Shown one piece after another: positions 1 through 8,525 of a stretch of 30,377 nt of DNA (position 1 is the first letter of the stretch; each line of letters begins with the position of its first letter). A program made the position numbers and the translations under genes. The DNA is taken from positions 1-30,377 of the forward strand of contig JBHLPW010000056.1 in assembly GCA_048939015.1 (NCBI GenBank). Reading direction: 5' to 3'. The notes beneath the pieces were generated by a model that saw only the letters and a list, made by a program, of their open reading frames with translations, did no database searches and was not told the origin of the DNA. Source of the stretch: Promethearchaeota archaeon. Lineage in GTDB: Archaea; Asgardarchaeota; Lokiarchaeia; Sigyniarchaeales; SOKP01.

Positions 1-156
1 ACGTTCATTTATTATAACAAGATTATTCATATTGCCAATAACTAAAGTAATAGCCCATGCAGTAAAGGATGTGATAAAGCAAGCTAAGTAATAGATTCTA
101 ATTTTTTTCTCTCTTTTATTACGCTCCTTTTTTATTTTTTTATTTTTTTCATTCAT
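1..156 (-). CDS. Partial hypothetical membrane/secreted protein (N-terminus only; runs off the window edge)
   Basis: ATG at 156 opens a frame that stays open to position 1: MNEKNKKIKKERNKREKKIRIYYLACFITSFTAWAITLVIGNMNNLVIINER. It has a basic N-region followed by a hydrophobic helix. Not in the supplied ORF track. Confidence 0.6.
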   Translation of the reverse strand, partial: MNEKNKKIKKERNKREKKIRIYYLACFITSFTAWAITLVIGNMNNLVIINER

Positions 157-293
157 TTGAATTTCCCTCAATCGATTAAACTAGACTTTTCTTTTAGTCT
201 ATGATTTTTGCATTTAGATTTCTTTTTTTAGATGATGTAACTTGATTTGATGTAATATTCTATTTAAATATTGACATATTTGTTAGTGGTTTG

Positions 294-343
294 ATGAAGA
301 AAATAGAGGTAAAAATGAAGAAAATAGAGGTAAAAATGAAGAA
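294..343. repeat. Perfect 21-bp tandem repeat, ~2.4 copies (ATGAAGAAAATAGAGGTAAAA)
   Basis: Identical units at 294-314 and 315-335, plus a partial unit at 336-343. Confidence 0.9.
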
Positions 344-410
344 TTTCTGATTCTAATAAATATTACAATTTTAAATACTGCTTTTTAGAATATTTAGTGT
401 CCTATTTGAA

Positions 411-425
411 AATAAAGTTTATATA
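411..425 (+). promoter_or_regulatory. Putative archaeal BRE/TATA promoter for the 447 gene
   Basis: AATAAAG followed by TTTATATA (418-425), starting 29 nt before ATG 447. This spacing fits a leaderless archaeal transcript. Confidence 0.4.
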
Positions 426-446
426 GTTCACATAACTCGAGATAAA

Positions 447-1037
447 ATGCTTCAAATTAGTCCAGAATTAGATCCGGGAGGTTTTTTTAGTTTTTCTTAT
501 AACCTATTAAATGGATTAAACTACTTCTTGTTCGTATTTTTTCAATATGGTAATTATATTTTATTTGCTATGTTTATAATTATGGGATTAGTCTTATACA
601 AGAGTGCCAGAGAAAAAGAATATGATGAAAAAGTCCATGGAAAAGAGGAATTAGTAAAAAAACGAGGAAGAGCTGGTGCAGCCATCTGTATATTATTAGC
701 TTTTGGTTTTGGTTCGGGACATCTTATTAATTTTTTCTTCGATATGTTCACAAAACTTCCGGAACCTGAATTAATATTAAGATATGTTGGAGATAAATTA
801 ATTTCTGTAAATTCTTTAGATAACCTTCATCTATTAAATTTATATGAAAAAGCAATTTATCTCCTAATTAGTTTCTTTTCTTTTTTCTCATTTGTAATGA
901 TTTCTGTAAGTATTTACTTGATGTTTTTCAATAAATTTATCATTCATTCTAGGCTTAATTTCATTACTATTCTAATTGTTGGACTTATTTTTTGGGTTCT
1001 CTGTGGTTTTAATGCCTCATTTCGATTGTTAGTGTAA
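447..1037 (+). CDS. Hypothetical multi-pass membrane protein (~4 TM)
   Basis: 196-aa ORF with several long hydrophobic segments separated by a charged loop (KSAREKEYDEKVHGKEELVKKRGR). Confidence 0.75.
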   Translation: MLQISPELDPGGFFSFSYNLLNGLNYFLFVFFQYGNYILFAMFIIMGLVLYKSAREKEYDEKVHGKEELVKKRGRAGAAICILLAFGFGSGHLINFFFDMFTKLPEPELILRYVGDKLISVNSLDNLHLLNLYEKAIYLLISFFSFFSFVMISVSIYLMFFNKFIIHSRLNFITILIVGLIFWVLCGFNASFRLLV

Positions 1038-1052
1038 TAGTTAAGTCTTTAT

Positions 1053-2843
1053 TTATTGTTTTTTACGTTTTTCTTGCTTTTCATATAGAATCTTAAAATA
1101 ATCATTTAGCTCATCAAGAGTTTCTTCCGTTTCATAAAGACTTGGTTTCATTATTTCGGTCTTCTTAAGGGTAAACTCATCTTCCAGTTTTTTATTTTTT
1201 AATTTTTTTTTTGTCATTTTTTTTCGATATTGATTTTTAACCTTTTGTAAGGATTCCTTTAAAGTATTTTTAGGGAAGTTCTTTTTTTTATTGTCAGGGA
1301 TTTCTGAATTCTCTTTATTTAAATTATCTAATCTCTCTAAAATAATATCATTATTGTGCTTTATTTCTGATATTTCAAGCCACTCCCTTGGTATCAGGGG
1401 AACGTTTAATAGAAATGGTCTTTTAATAGAATTTACTCGAGCAATACATTGTCCCTTCTCTAAAATGGATAGATAATCTTCATGTTCTCCATCAAGATTT
1501 AATAATTTACAGAGAAAATCTTTATCAATATGAGTCTTAAAACATACCAATACTCCACAATTCGCTAAAATTTCTTCACTTATATCGGGGTGAGTCGCTA
1601 ATGAGATTAAACATTCTCCTGTACCCCTTTGTAATAAAGCAATATCCTCCAAATAGGTAGTTAATTTGTTTTGTCGTGTTAGATCTTTAGGAGCAAAATA
1701 TTGAGTATCTTCTACAATCGTAATGTGTTTTATACCTTGAAAATTGAAAGCCCCTCGTGTGAGATTTTTATCCCAAAGATATTTCAATATCATATTAAGG
1801 AAGAACAATGCATCTTCTTTTTCTCCTCCAAGACGGATAATAGAACTAAGATCTATTAGAATATTCCTTTGGAAAAGGCTCTCTGTCTTGATTTTATGTT
1901 CAGTATCAAATAAGGCTTTTAATGACCCTAAAGAAAACCTTCTAATTCGATTTGTTATACTGATTAAGGTTTGACTTAACATCGGAATCTCATCTTTCTT
2001 ATTCTTCGCATATCCCTTACAATAGTCATAAAATCCTTGCCAACTCTGAAATTTCTTATTTTGACAAATTTTAGTCAATATTTCAACAAGCACCTTTTCC
2101 ATCTGTGGAGAGAATTCGGCGTTTTCGTCTAAGAACTTTCCACTCTTCAATATATCAAAAATCCTCTCTGCATGTACTTCTGGAAGAGAGTCTCCAGGAT
2201 TGAATATATTAATTGAAAAATTCTCTCCAGGTCTTATAATTATTAAATCTTCGATTTTCCGCTGTAAGAAGTGATATTCCCCTTTAAATTCAACTAGTAA
2301 GAATGGAATTTTATATTTCTTCGTGAAGTTCATTAAAAAATGTTGGATGAAATTACTCTTACCAGTGCCTGTGGCACCACATACAAACATATGCTTTTCA
2401 AGGTCTTCAAGTGATAGAGAGAATTTTCCTTTTTTATGCCCGTTTTCAACAATTGTACAAATTTTTATATTTCTCTTTCTTGCTTTTAAAAAAGAGGGTT
2501 TATCCAATTCTACAACGTCATCATCAGAGTGATAAACCGAATAGAAGAACAACACCGAAGAAATACATAACAATAAGAGAAAAACATTGCTAAATAATGA
2601 TTGATTATGAGAATTAGTTGCCTTTGTGAAATTCATAAGAAATGGAAGCAATATTAGAGCAAAAATTAAAATTGCTGTCCCTAATAAGAAAATAATGATA
2701 ATCTTAAGCTTATTAGCTGAGTTCTCTCTCTTTCGAGAGATAAAGAAAATTATATTTAAAATAATTAAAACTATGTTTAAACATAGATAGAAAGAAACAA
2801 ATTCAGAGGAATCCAGAACGCTTGACATATAATTCATAATCAT
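1053..2843 (-). CDS. Membrane-anchored HerA/FtsK/VirD4-CedB-like P-loop ATPase (DUF87-like)
   Basis: Three N-terminal TM helices; LEKHMFVCGATGTGKS Walker A; LLVEFKGEY; atypical Walker B HITIVEDTQ; QRGTGECLISLATHP; basic C-terminal tail. Confidence 0.8.
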   Translation of the reverse strand: MIMNYMSSVLDSSEFVSFYLCLNIVLIILNIIFFISRKRENSANKLKIIIIFLLGTAILIFALILLPFLMNFTKATNSHNQSLFSNVFLLLLCISSVLFFYSVYHSDDDVVELDKPSFLKARKRNIKICTIVENGHKKGKFSLSLEDLEKHMFVCGATGTGKSNFIQHFLMNFTKKYKIPFLLVEFKGEYHFLQRKIEDLIIIRPGENFSINIFNPGDSLPEVHAERIFDILKSGKFLDENAEFSPQMEKVLVEILTKICQNKKFQSWQGFYDYCKGYAKNKKDEIPMLSQTLISITNRIRRFSLGSLKALFDTEHKIKTESLFQRNILIDLSSIIRLGGEKEDALFFLNMILKYLWDKNLTRGAFNFQGIKHITIVEDTQYFAPKDLTRQNKLTTYLEDIALLQRGTGECLISLATHPDISEEILANCGVLVCFKTHIDKDFLCKLLNLDGEHEDYLSILEKGQCIARVNSIKRPFLLNVPLIPREWLEISEIKHNNDIILERLDNLNKENSEIPDNKKKNFPKNTLKESLQKVKNQYRKKMTKKKLKNKKLEDEFTLKKTEIMKPSLYETEETLDELNDYFKILYEKQEKRKKQ

Positions 2844-2914
2844 GTAAAAATTTTAAAAAGAACACCTTATTTCTTAATTTTTCTTTAAAAATTACACATA
2901 ACACAAAAAAAAAC

Positions 2915-4204
2915 CTATATTAAGTCAAGATTCTCCAATGATTTCTTACAGATCTCTGCTATTTTCTGTACATCTCGCATTATGATCTCATTTTTAAGTG
3001 CTATTCTTGCATACGCTCTACTAAGTATAAATATCATTCTAGTTAGAGGGAACCCTTCCATTTTCCTTTCTTTATTTTTTTCATTATTTATACTTTCCAT
3101 TTCATTCGTAAATTCTTTAATATATGCAATTGCTGGTTTAGAAAGCTTGGGATCATATGTTCTTTTAGAGTATATAATATATTTTCTTAAAAAATCTCTT
3201 TTGATGTTTTTCAAACTCTCTCTTGTTCCTTTAATGTCATTGATTTTCTTATTAGTACTAATCAAAACTAAGTCAAACTTGCTAAGAATCTTATTTTTAT
3301 GTTGAAACTTTAAATTATCATAAACAGACCTGCTTTTATGAGAGATGTCATCATACCACTTATTATCTCCTGTATTCGCTGCAGCAATTATTGAGCTTTT
3401 TCTCAAAATTTCATCAAATTCTTCATATAGTTTGGTTAGTCTATACGGCTTCATTTCTGTTAAATTATCAATTAATATCATACCGTTTGTGGCAAATTCA
3501 GTCAATCCAGCTTTCTCAATGTGTTTCCCCCCTTTTTTGTCTCGACTATTATACTGTACAAACCGTTCCTCTGATTTCTGAGAAAACTGTATCGTGTTAT
3601 TCGGAAAAAAGTTATTAAGGATCTTCAAAAATGAACTTTTACTTGTTTTTGAGCCTCCAACAATTAATAAACTAAGGTAGCACGAAATCTTATTCGTAAC
3701 AAGGTGAGGAACGATATTACATGCCAAAAGGAGGGTTCCTATCAATTTTATATCATCATTGATAAAGATATCATCCTGAAAAATATAATCCGCTAAAATG
3801 GATTGTATTGAAGGATTCAGAGCAAATAATTTTATTTCGGAAATATCTTGGCGAGTAATCTCGATATTCTCATTAATAATTTTGATGTCTTTTGCAACAA
3901 GGATCATATTCATTGTCTTGCCATTTTGTACGTTATTTATTTCCAGAGTTCCTGTTATTTGTATTTTATCTCCTAAACTAGGAAAACCGTTAGTAGATTC
4001 AGTTAAAATTACTTCTTTTTCATGATGAATGCCAAATTTCTTATGATCATCTTTAAGCCCTTGAACATGAACAGATTGGATGAATCCATAATTTTCATCT
4101 TGATATACTGGAGATAATTTTGTAACAACTCCTTCACAAACCACCATTTTATTCAGATACGTTGAGTTTAGTTTCTCCAATGGTACATAAGGTTCTGAGA
4201 CCAT
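2915..4204 (-). CDS. Degenerate, truncated MCM-family protein (OB fold + AAA+ domain), probably ATPase-dead
   Basis: MCM-like motifs in the expected order: LNKMVVCEGVVTKLSPV, GDKIQITGTL, LLIVGGSKTSKS, EKAGLTEFATNGMILIDN, SIIAAAN, ILSKFDLV, LRKYIIYSKRTYDPKLS, LSRAYARIALKNEIIMRDV. Confidence 0.8.
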   Translation of the reverse strand: MVSEPYVPLEKLNSTYLNKMVVCEGVVTKLSPVYQDENYGFIQSVHVQGLKDDHKKFGIHHEKEVILTESTNGFPSLGDKIQITGTLEINNVQNGKTMNMILVAKDIKIINENIEITRQDISEIKLFALNPSIQSILADYIFQDDIFINDDIKLIGTLLLACNIVPHLVTNKISCYLSLLIVGGSKTSKSSFLKILNNFFPNNTIQFSQKSEERFVQYNSRDKKGGKHIEKAGLTEFATNGMILIDNLTEMKPYRLTKLYEEFDEILRKSSIIAAANTGDNKWYDDISHKSRSVYDNLKFQHKNKILSKFDLVLISTNKKINDIKGTRESLKNIKRDFLRKYIIYSKRTYDPKLSKPAIAYIKEFTNEMESINNEKNKERKMEGFPLTRMIFILSRAYARIALKNEIIMRDVQKIAEICKKSLENLDLI

Positions 4205-4393
4205 GAATATACTTTACCTCAAAAATGAGAAAAAATAATAGTATGATAAATTGAAAATTAGTGATATATTAAATAGCTAGACACTCTTCAAGAATTCTAA
4301 AAATTTTTTTATAGGTTAAGGAGTAAACTAATTTTCTTGTTCTAGAAAAGCTTAGATCAAAATGAAATGAATAAAGATTTTTAAATATATAAA

Positions 4394-5353
4394 ATGTATT
4401 TAATAAAATCTCAATGTTTAATTAAATTAGTTTTCATAAAAATGGGATTCACGGATACAATTAAATTAGAAGCAAAAAGAAGAGCATGTTATAGATGTTG
4501 TATATGTGAAAAGCCGAAATTTCTTCATGTTCATCATATAATACCAAGTGAAGAATTAGGCCCAGATACAATTGAAAACGCTGTAGCTCTTTGTGTATCA
4601 TGTCATGATCTATATGGTCATGATAAAGTAAAACGAAAATGGGTAAAAGAAAAAAGGAATTGGTGGTATACTCAATGTTATAATACCAGAAATCAAGCTT
4701 TTGATATCGAAATCTTACAAAAGATAAATGAAATTTATGAATTCTTAGAAAGTAGAGAGAGTCGACTGCAGTCAACAGAAGAGTATTATTTATTTCTTAG
4801 AGAACAGATTCAATCCCATATTCAAAGATTAAATAATGTGGTTTCTGATTTGTCACTAAAATTAACAAGAAGAGAAGTAAATCAGATAAATATAATTCAA
4901 GATGATATAGAAATGATTAAAGGTATGACAAAACTTATTGAAACGATATCAATGGAAGATTCTGAGGATTACTATCTCTGGAAAGATATATCTGATTACT
5001 TGACAAGAATTGAAATAAGTACCACAATCCCAAATGAATATACTTTTTTTCATCTGATCAATAAATTATTAACGGACTATTTGAGTACCAATATTTTAAG
5101 CGAACATTCAGAAGATCCTAATCTTGGTCTAGTAGATATCTTTATTAGTCCTACCATTGGCATAGAAATTAAATTACTTAGCTCTCATACCCACATTAAT
5201 AGGATTATTGGACAACTAATAGAAATTTTAAGAATTAGCAAGTTTAAATTTCTCATTGGAATTGTTATGGATATGACAACAGGTAAGCAATTAAAACGAT
5301 ATGATCAATTAATTTTTGGTGAAAATAGAAATATAATACTTATAATTAAATAA
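4394..5353 (+). CDS. HNH endonuclease with central coiled coil and C-terminal PD-(D/E)xK-like domain (likely start ATG 4442)
   Basis: CCIC..LHVHHIIP...DTIENAVALCVSCHD is a Zn-binding HNH signature. The C-terminal VDIFISPTIGIEIK...IGQL resembles a restriction-endonuclease-fold active site. Confidence 0.75.
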   Translation: MYLIKSQCLIKLVFIKMGFTDTIKLEAKRRACYRCCICEKPKFLHVHHIIPSEELGPDTIENAVALCVSCHDLYGHDKVKRKWVKEKRNWWYTQCYNTRNQAFDIEILQKINEIYEFLESRESRLQSTEEYYLFLREQIQSHIQRLNNVVSDLSLKLTRREVNQINIIQDDIEMIKGMTKLIETISMEDSEDYYLWKDISDYLTRIEISTTIPNEYTFFHLINKLLTDYLSTNILSEHSEDPNLGLVDIFISPTIGIEIKLLSSHTHINRIIGQLIEILRISKFKFLIGIVMDMTTGKQLKRYDQLIFGENRNIILIIK

Positions 5354-5426
5354 TACAAAATGAATTCTTTTTATCAAATTCTTCCAATATTGCGACATCC
5401 TACAATAATAAAAAAATAAAAAATAA

Positions 5427-7751
5427 TTAATTTAGATATGGGAACTTAATAATCTGTGGCTCATGTTTGCCTTTACATAAGATAAAAGCGTGTCCTACTG
5501 GGAGTCGCTTCAATTGTTCTCTCTGTTCACTATTCAAGTAATCTTTAAGATACGCACATCCACTTCCTTCAATCAAGAAGAAAATCTTAGTGTTACAAAG
5601 ATCCACAAGTTCTTTCTTTATGTCTTTTGGGTGTTGTGTAGCGTATATTACTCCATATCGCCTTTTGCGACCACGATGCTGAATTTCACTAAGAAAGTGC
5701 AATATTCGTTTTTGGTAATCGGTGTTTGCTAAAAGTTTAGGCATTATCCGAGTGACTTCATCTAAAACAAATATTACTCCAATATCAGAGGTATCAATAT
5801 CAGAATCTCGCTTCATTTTATACTTATGAAATACTGCTAAAAAGTAAAGAGCGACAATTCGTTGCTGATCATCATCTAAATCAAAACAGTCTAGGACTGT
5901 AATTTTTCCTGGAACTAACATCTGTTCAATATCAATTGGCTCTGCATCCAGCCGATCAAATAAATCCAATGTAATTGAGAGTAGCGAACGAGTTATAGCA
6001 TCTCTCACGCTCGCATTTAAACGATAAGCGGGAAGAGTCATATATCTAAGAATCTCAGTATGCAATTCTGTAAATGTAAATGTTCTATTAGGATAATCAT
6101 AAATTATATCTTGAATGATACGTTGTAAAAGTGTGCTTGAGACGCTTGGAAGTTCATGAAGAAATAATAGTAAATGTTTAGGATCAATACTATTCAATGA
6201 TAAGCACCAATCAGTTTCATCGGTCAAATGAATAATCTCAATATTTTCAGATTCTACAGGATCGATGTCCCATTTAGCCATTAGTTTCATTGATTCTTCA
6301 ATTGAAGGGATGCATGGTAGATTAGAAAACTCTCCCTCAGCATCAAAAATGATAATAGCAGGGCAATTTGCCTGCGGAGCTGTTGAAAGCGTCATAAATC
6401 GAATTGCTGATGTTTTTCCTGTGCCTTGAGTACCACCCATAAAAATTCCTTGATAATAAAGCAGTGGATTAAAGTGGTACTTGTATTCTTGATCGATGTC
6501 ATGAAGCCAGCCAAATGGGATGCCATTTTGGGGTATTTTTTTGAATTCATAAAACTCCCATTCTCTCAATGGCGTAATCTTCCCTTGAATAATTGTTTGC
6601 GGACGAGGACTTCGGGGACCTTCTGGATGAAGCTCAACTATTGGATTCAGTTTTATAGCAAAAACCTTTTCATTAAGACTTTTTAGAACAATTGAAGCAT
6701 TTTCCTCATAACACCTAATAAGTTCAATAATGCAAATGATTCGAATTCCATCTTGTCGTTCAACAGCGACTAAGTCTCCATCTTTCACATATTCAGCCTT
6801 GTCTGCCCATAGATACCCTTCCATTTTATTCTCCTTATTATTTACTAGCTCCATAGGTTTTGATTTATCTGTATTAACCCAGCCTAAAGCATCAAAGGCT
6901 CTTACATTCTTTTCTACTTCACTAGACCCTTTAGATACTTTTTCTTCATCTAATGAAATTATTGAAGCTGCTGCAGTAACATCTCTAGAACTATTTAGTC
7001 CACTTTCATCTTGAGTATCAACCTTAAACTCTAAAGCATCCAAACCATTCTCTCTAATGAAATCTATAGCTGCTACCTTCAGTTTATCAGTAAAATCGTA
7101 TTCAATGATTTTATTTGGAAAGTAAATTAGTACTACCTTTTGACATTGCATTCCTGTATTTTCTTCCAAGATAATACCATAAATACAGGCCTGGATGAGA
7201 TCTCTATAATACTTAGACTCAGGATTGCTTGGATCTTCCCCTTCGAAAGGATAAGACTTGAATTCTCGTACAATTAAACGTTCGTCATCTGTTAATACCA
7301 TCTCATCAATACGAGCACTGATTTTTGCTCCTTCTATAACACCGATTTCCTCTTGTTCGAAGGATATAATTCCTCCAAATAGTTGTTTCTCTAGTTCTAT
7401 GGGAATCACAGACCAATTATTTTCTTTCGCGTAATTTTTAGCTAATTCAACAATCTGTTGGTATAAGATCTTCAGTAGTGTGTTAACATCCTTATAATAC
7501 ATATTTAGTTTCTTGTTATTTCGAACTTCAGCTAATATTTTATTGCGAACTTCACGAGTTCTCTGATTTAATATTGTATGACTCACTCTTGCATTAGCTC
7601 CTGTCTTTAAGACTTCCTTAAAAAATCGCGCCTTGATATGGTGTAAGAGATTTCCTCGTCGTGTACCTATTGATGAATATATTTTTTTTCCATATCCTTT
7701 ATCAAGGGTTCTGCTAACAGACTTAATATTATTTGATATTTCCTTTGTCAA
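5427..7751 (-). CDS. Fusion of a RecB/Cas4-like PD-(D/E)xK nuclease with a HerA-family ATPase
   Basis: N-terminal nuclease motifs RGNLLH, EKQL, ARIDEM, REFKS and QACIYG. These are followed by a HAS-barrel-like segment, GGTQGTGKT (Walker A), IFDAEGEF, VLDEV (Walker B) and GRKRRYGVIYATQHP. Confidence 0.85.
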   Translation of the reverse strand: MTKEISNNIKSVSRTLDKGYGKKIYSSIGTRRGNLLHHIKARFFKEVLKTGANARVSHTILNQRTREVRNKILAEVRNNKKLNMYYKDVNTLLKILYQQIVELAKNYAKENNWSVIPIELEKQLFGGIISFEQEEIGVIEGAKISARIDEMVLTDDERLIVREFKSYPFEGEDPSNPESKYYRDLIQACIYGIILEENTGMQCQKVVLIYFPNKIIEYDFTDKLKVAAIDFIRENGLDALEFKVDTQDESGLNSSRDVTAAASIISLDEEKVSKGSSEVEKNVRAFDALGWVNTDKSKPMELVNNKENKMEGYLWADKAEYVKDGDLVAVERQDGIRIICIIELIRCYEENASIVLKSLNEKVFAIKLNPIVELHPEGPRSPRPQTIIQGKITPLREWEFYEFKKIPQNGIPFGWLHDIDQEYKYHFNPLLYYQGIFMGGTQGTGKTSAIRFMTLSTAPQANCPAIIIFDAEGEFSNLPCIPSIEESMKLMAKWDIDPVESENIEIIHLTDETDWCLSLNSIDPKHLLLFLHELPSVSSTLLQRIIQDIIYDYPNRTFTFTELHTEILRYMTLPAYRLNASVRDAITRSLLSITLDLFDRLDAEPIDIEQMLVPGKITVLDCFDLDDDQQRIVALYFLAVFHKYKMKRDSDIDTSDIGVIFVLDEVTRIMPKLLANTDYQKRILHFLSEIQHRGRKRRYGVIYATQHPKDIKKELVDLCNTKIFFLIEGSGCAYLKDYLNSEQREQLKRLPVGHAFILCKGKHEPQIIKFPYLN

Positions 7752-7761
7752 CCTTTTTTTC

Positions 7762-7770
7762 TCACCTCCT
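7762..7770 (-). promoter_or_regulatory. Shine-Dalgarno sequence (AGGAGGTGA) for the nuclease-HerA gene
   Basis: Strong archaeal SD 10 nt upstream of TTG 7751, inside the 28-bp gap after the NYN gene stop. Confidence 0.7.
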
Positions 7771-7779
7771 TTTTGTAAT

Positions 7780-8355
7780 TTAAAATAACTCTAACTCTCC
7801 TGTTGTTTTTTTCATTCTATTTACCACATCAACAGTGGTTATATTTGACGAAGGTGACCTTCTATTTAAACAAAAAATATTTGAACCTATTTTTTCAATT
7901 TTTTCATAATTAATATTAGGACTCAAGCACACTTCGCTGTCAATTATCATGAATGTAACTCTTCTCTCTTCTAACCATTGATTACTTGGTAACTGACATA
8001 AATAATCTCTAAATTTATCATTAGATATGATAAAGCAAAAATCGTGTTTTAAAGCAAAACTAAGAATAAATTCGTCAGCTATTTTTGGAGCTTCAACAAT
8101 TTTACCTTCTTTAACAAGTACTTCAAATTCAACGGGTTTATCAATGTAATATCTGAGAGAAGGATCACAAATACAATGAATATTTTCTTCAGAAAAACCT
8201 AACTCCTTTGTCAAATAATGAAGTAAAGATATAATATCCGATAATAAAGGAACTTGATACTGATTGAACTGAGAATATGCTACGTTATTACAATCAATGT
8301 AAACATGGAGCTCTTTTAAAATTGGATAATCTTTAAAACAGTTTGATAAACACAT
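7780..8355 (-). CDS. NYN/PIN-fold ribonuclease, Zc3h12a (Regnase)-like
   Basis: Motifs VYIDCNNVAY, CICDPSL, ADEFIL and IISNDKFRDY carry the acidic residues typical of the Regnase-type PIN active site. Confidence 0.8.
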   Translation of the reverse strand: MCLSNCFKDYPILKELHVYIDCNNVAYSQFNQYQVPLLSDIISLLHYLTKELGFSEENIHCICDPSLRYYIDKPVEFEVLVKEGKIVEAPKIADEFILSFALKHDFCFIISNDKFRDYLCQLPSNQWLEERRVTFMIIDSEVCLSPNINYEKIEKIGSNIFCLNRRSPSSNITTVDVVNRMKKTTGELELF

Positions 8356-8483
8356 TTTTTCACAATTCCTTCTTTTTATTAAATTCTCGATTGTTTAATT
8401 TAAAATAATAAATAATTTGTTAATAGTATTTTGTTATAGACTTTGTGCGCAGTACCGAACTCAATCCATAAATAGGAACAAGA

Positions 8484-8504
8484 ATTATATTAATTTAATA
8501 TAAT
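8484..8504. promoter_or_regulatory. Perfect inverted repeat ATTATATTAA-T-TTAATATAAT (possible operator overlapping the TATA region)
   Basis: 10-bp arms with a 1-nt spacer, 22-42 nt upstream of ATG 8526, in the divergent intergenic region. Confidence 0.35.
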
Positions 8505-8525
8505 CATAATGATGAACTAAAAATC

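Noticed and set aside
294-343. CRISPR array
   Set aside because: The repeats are directly adjacent with no spacers, there are only ~2 copies, and no cas operon is present.
2915-4204. The host replicative MCM helicase
   Set aside because: Too short, and missing the catalytic and DNA-translocating elements.
7040-7751. CRISPR-associated Cas4
   Set aside because: RecB-type motifs are present, but the four-Cys Fe-S cluster pattern is not evident and there is no cas1, cas2 or array.
5427-8355. Canonical herA-nurA-mre11-rad50 repair operon
   Set aside because: No NurA, Mre11 or Rad50 in the window. The partner is a NYN/PIN protein and the HerA is nuclease-fused.
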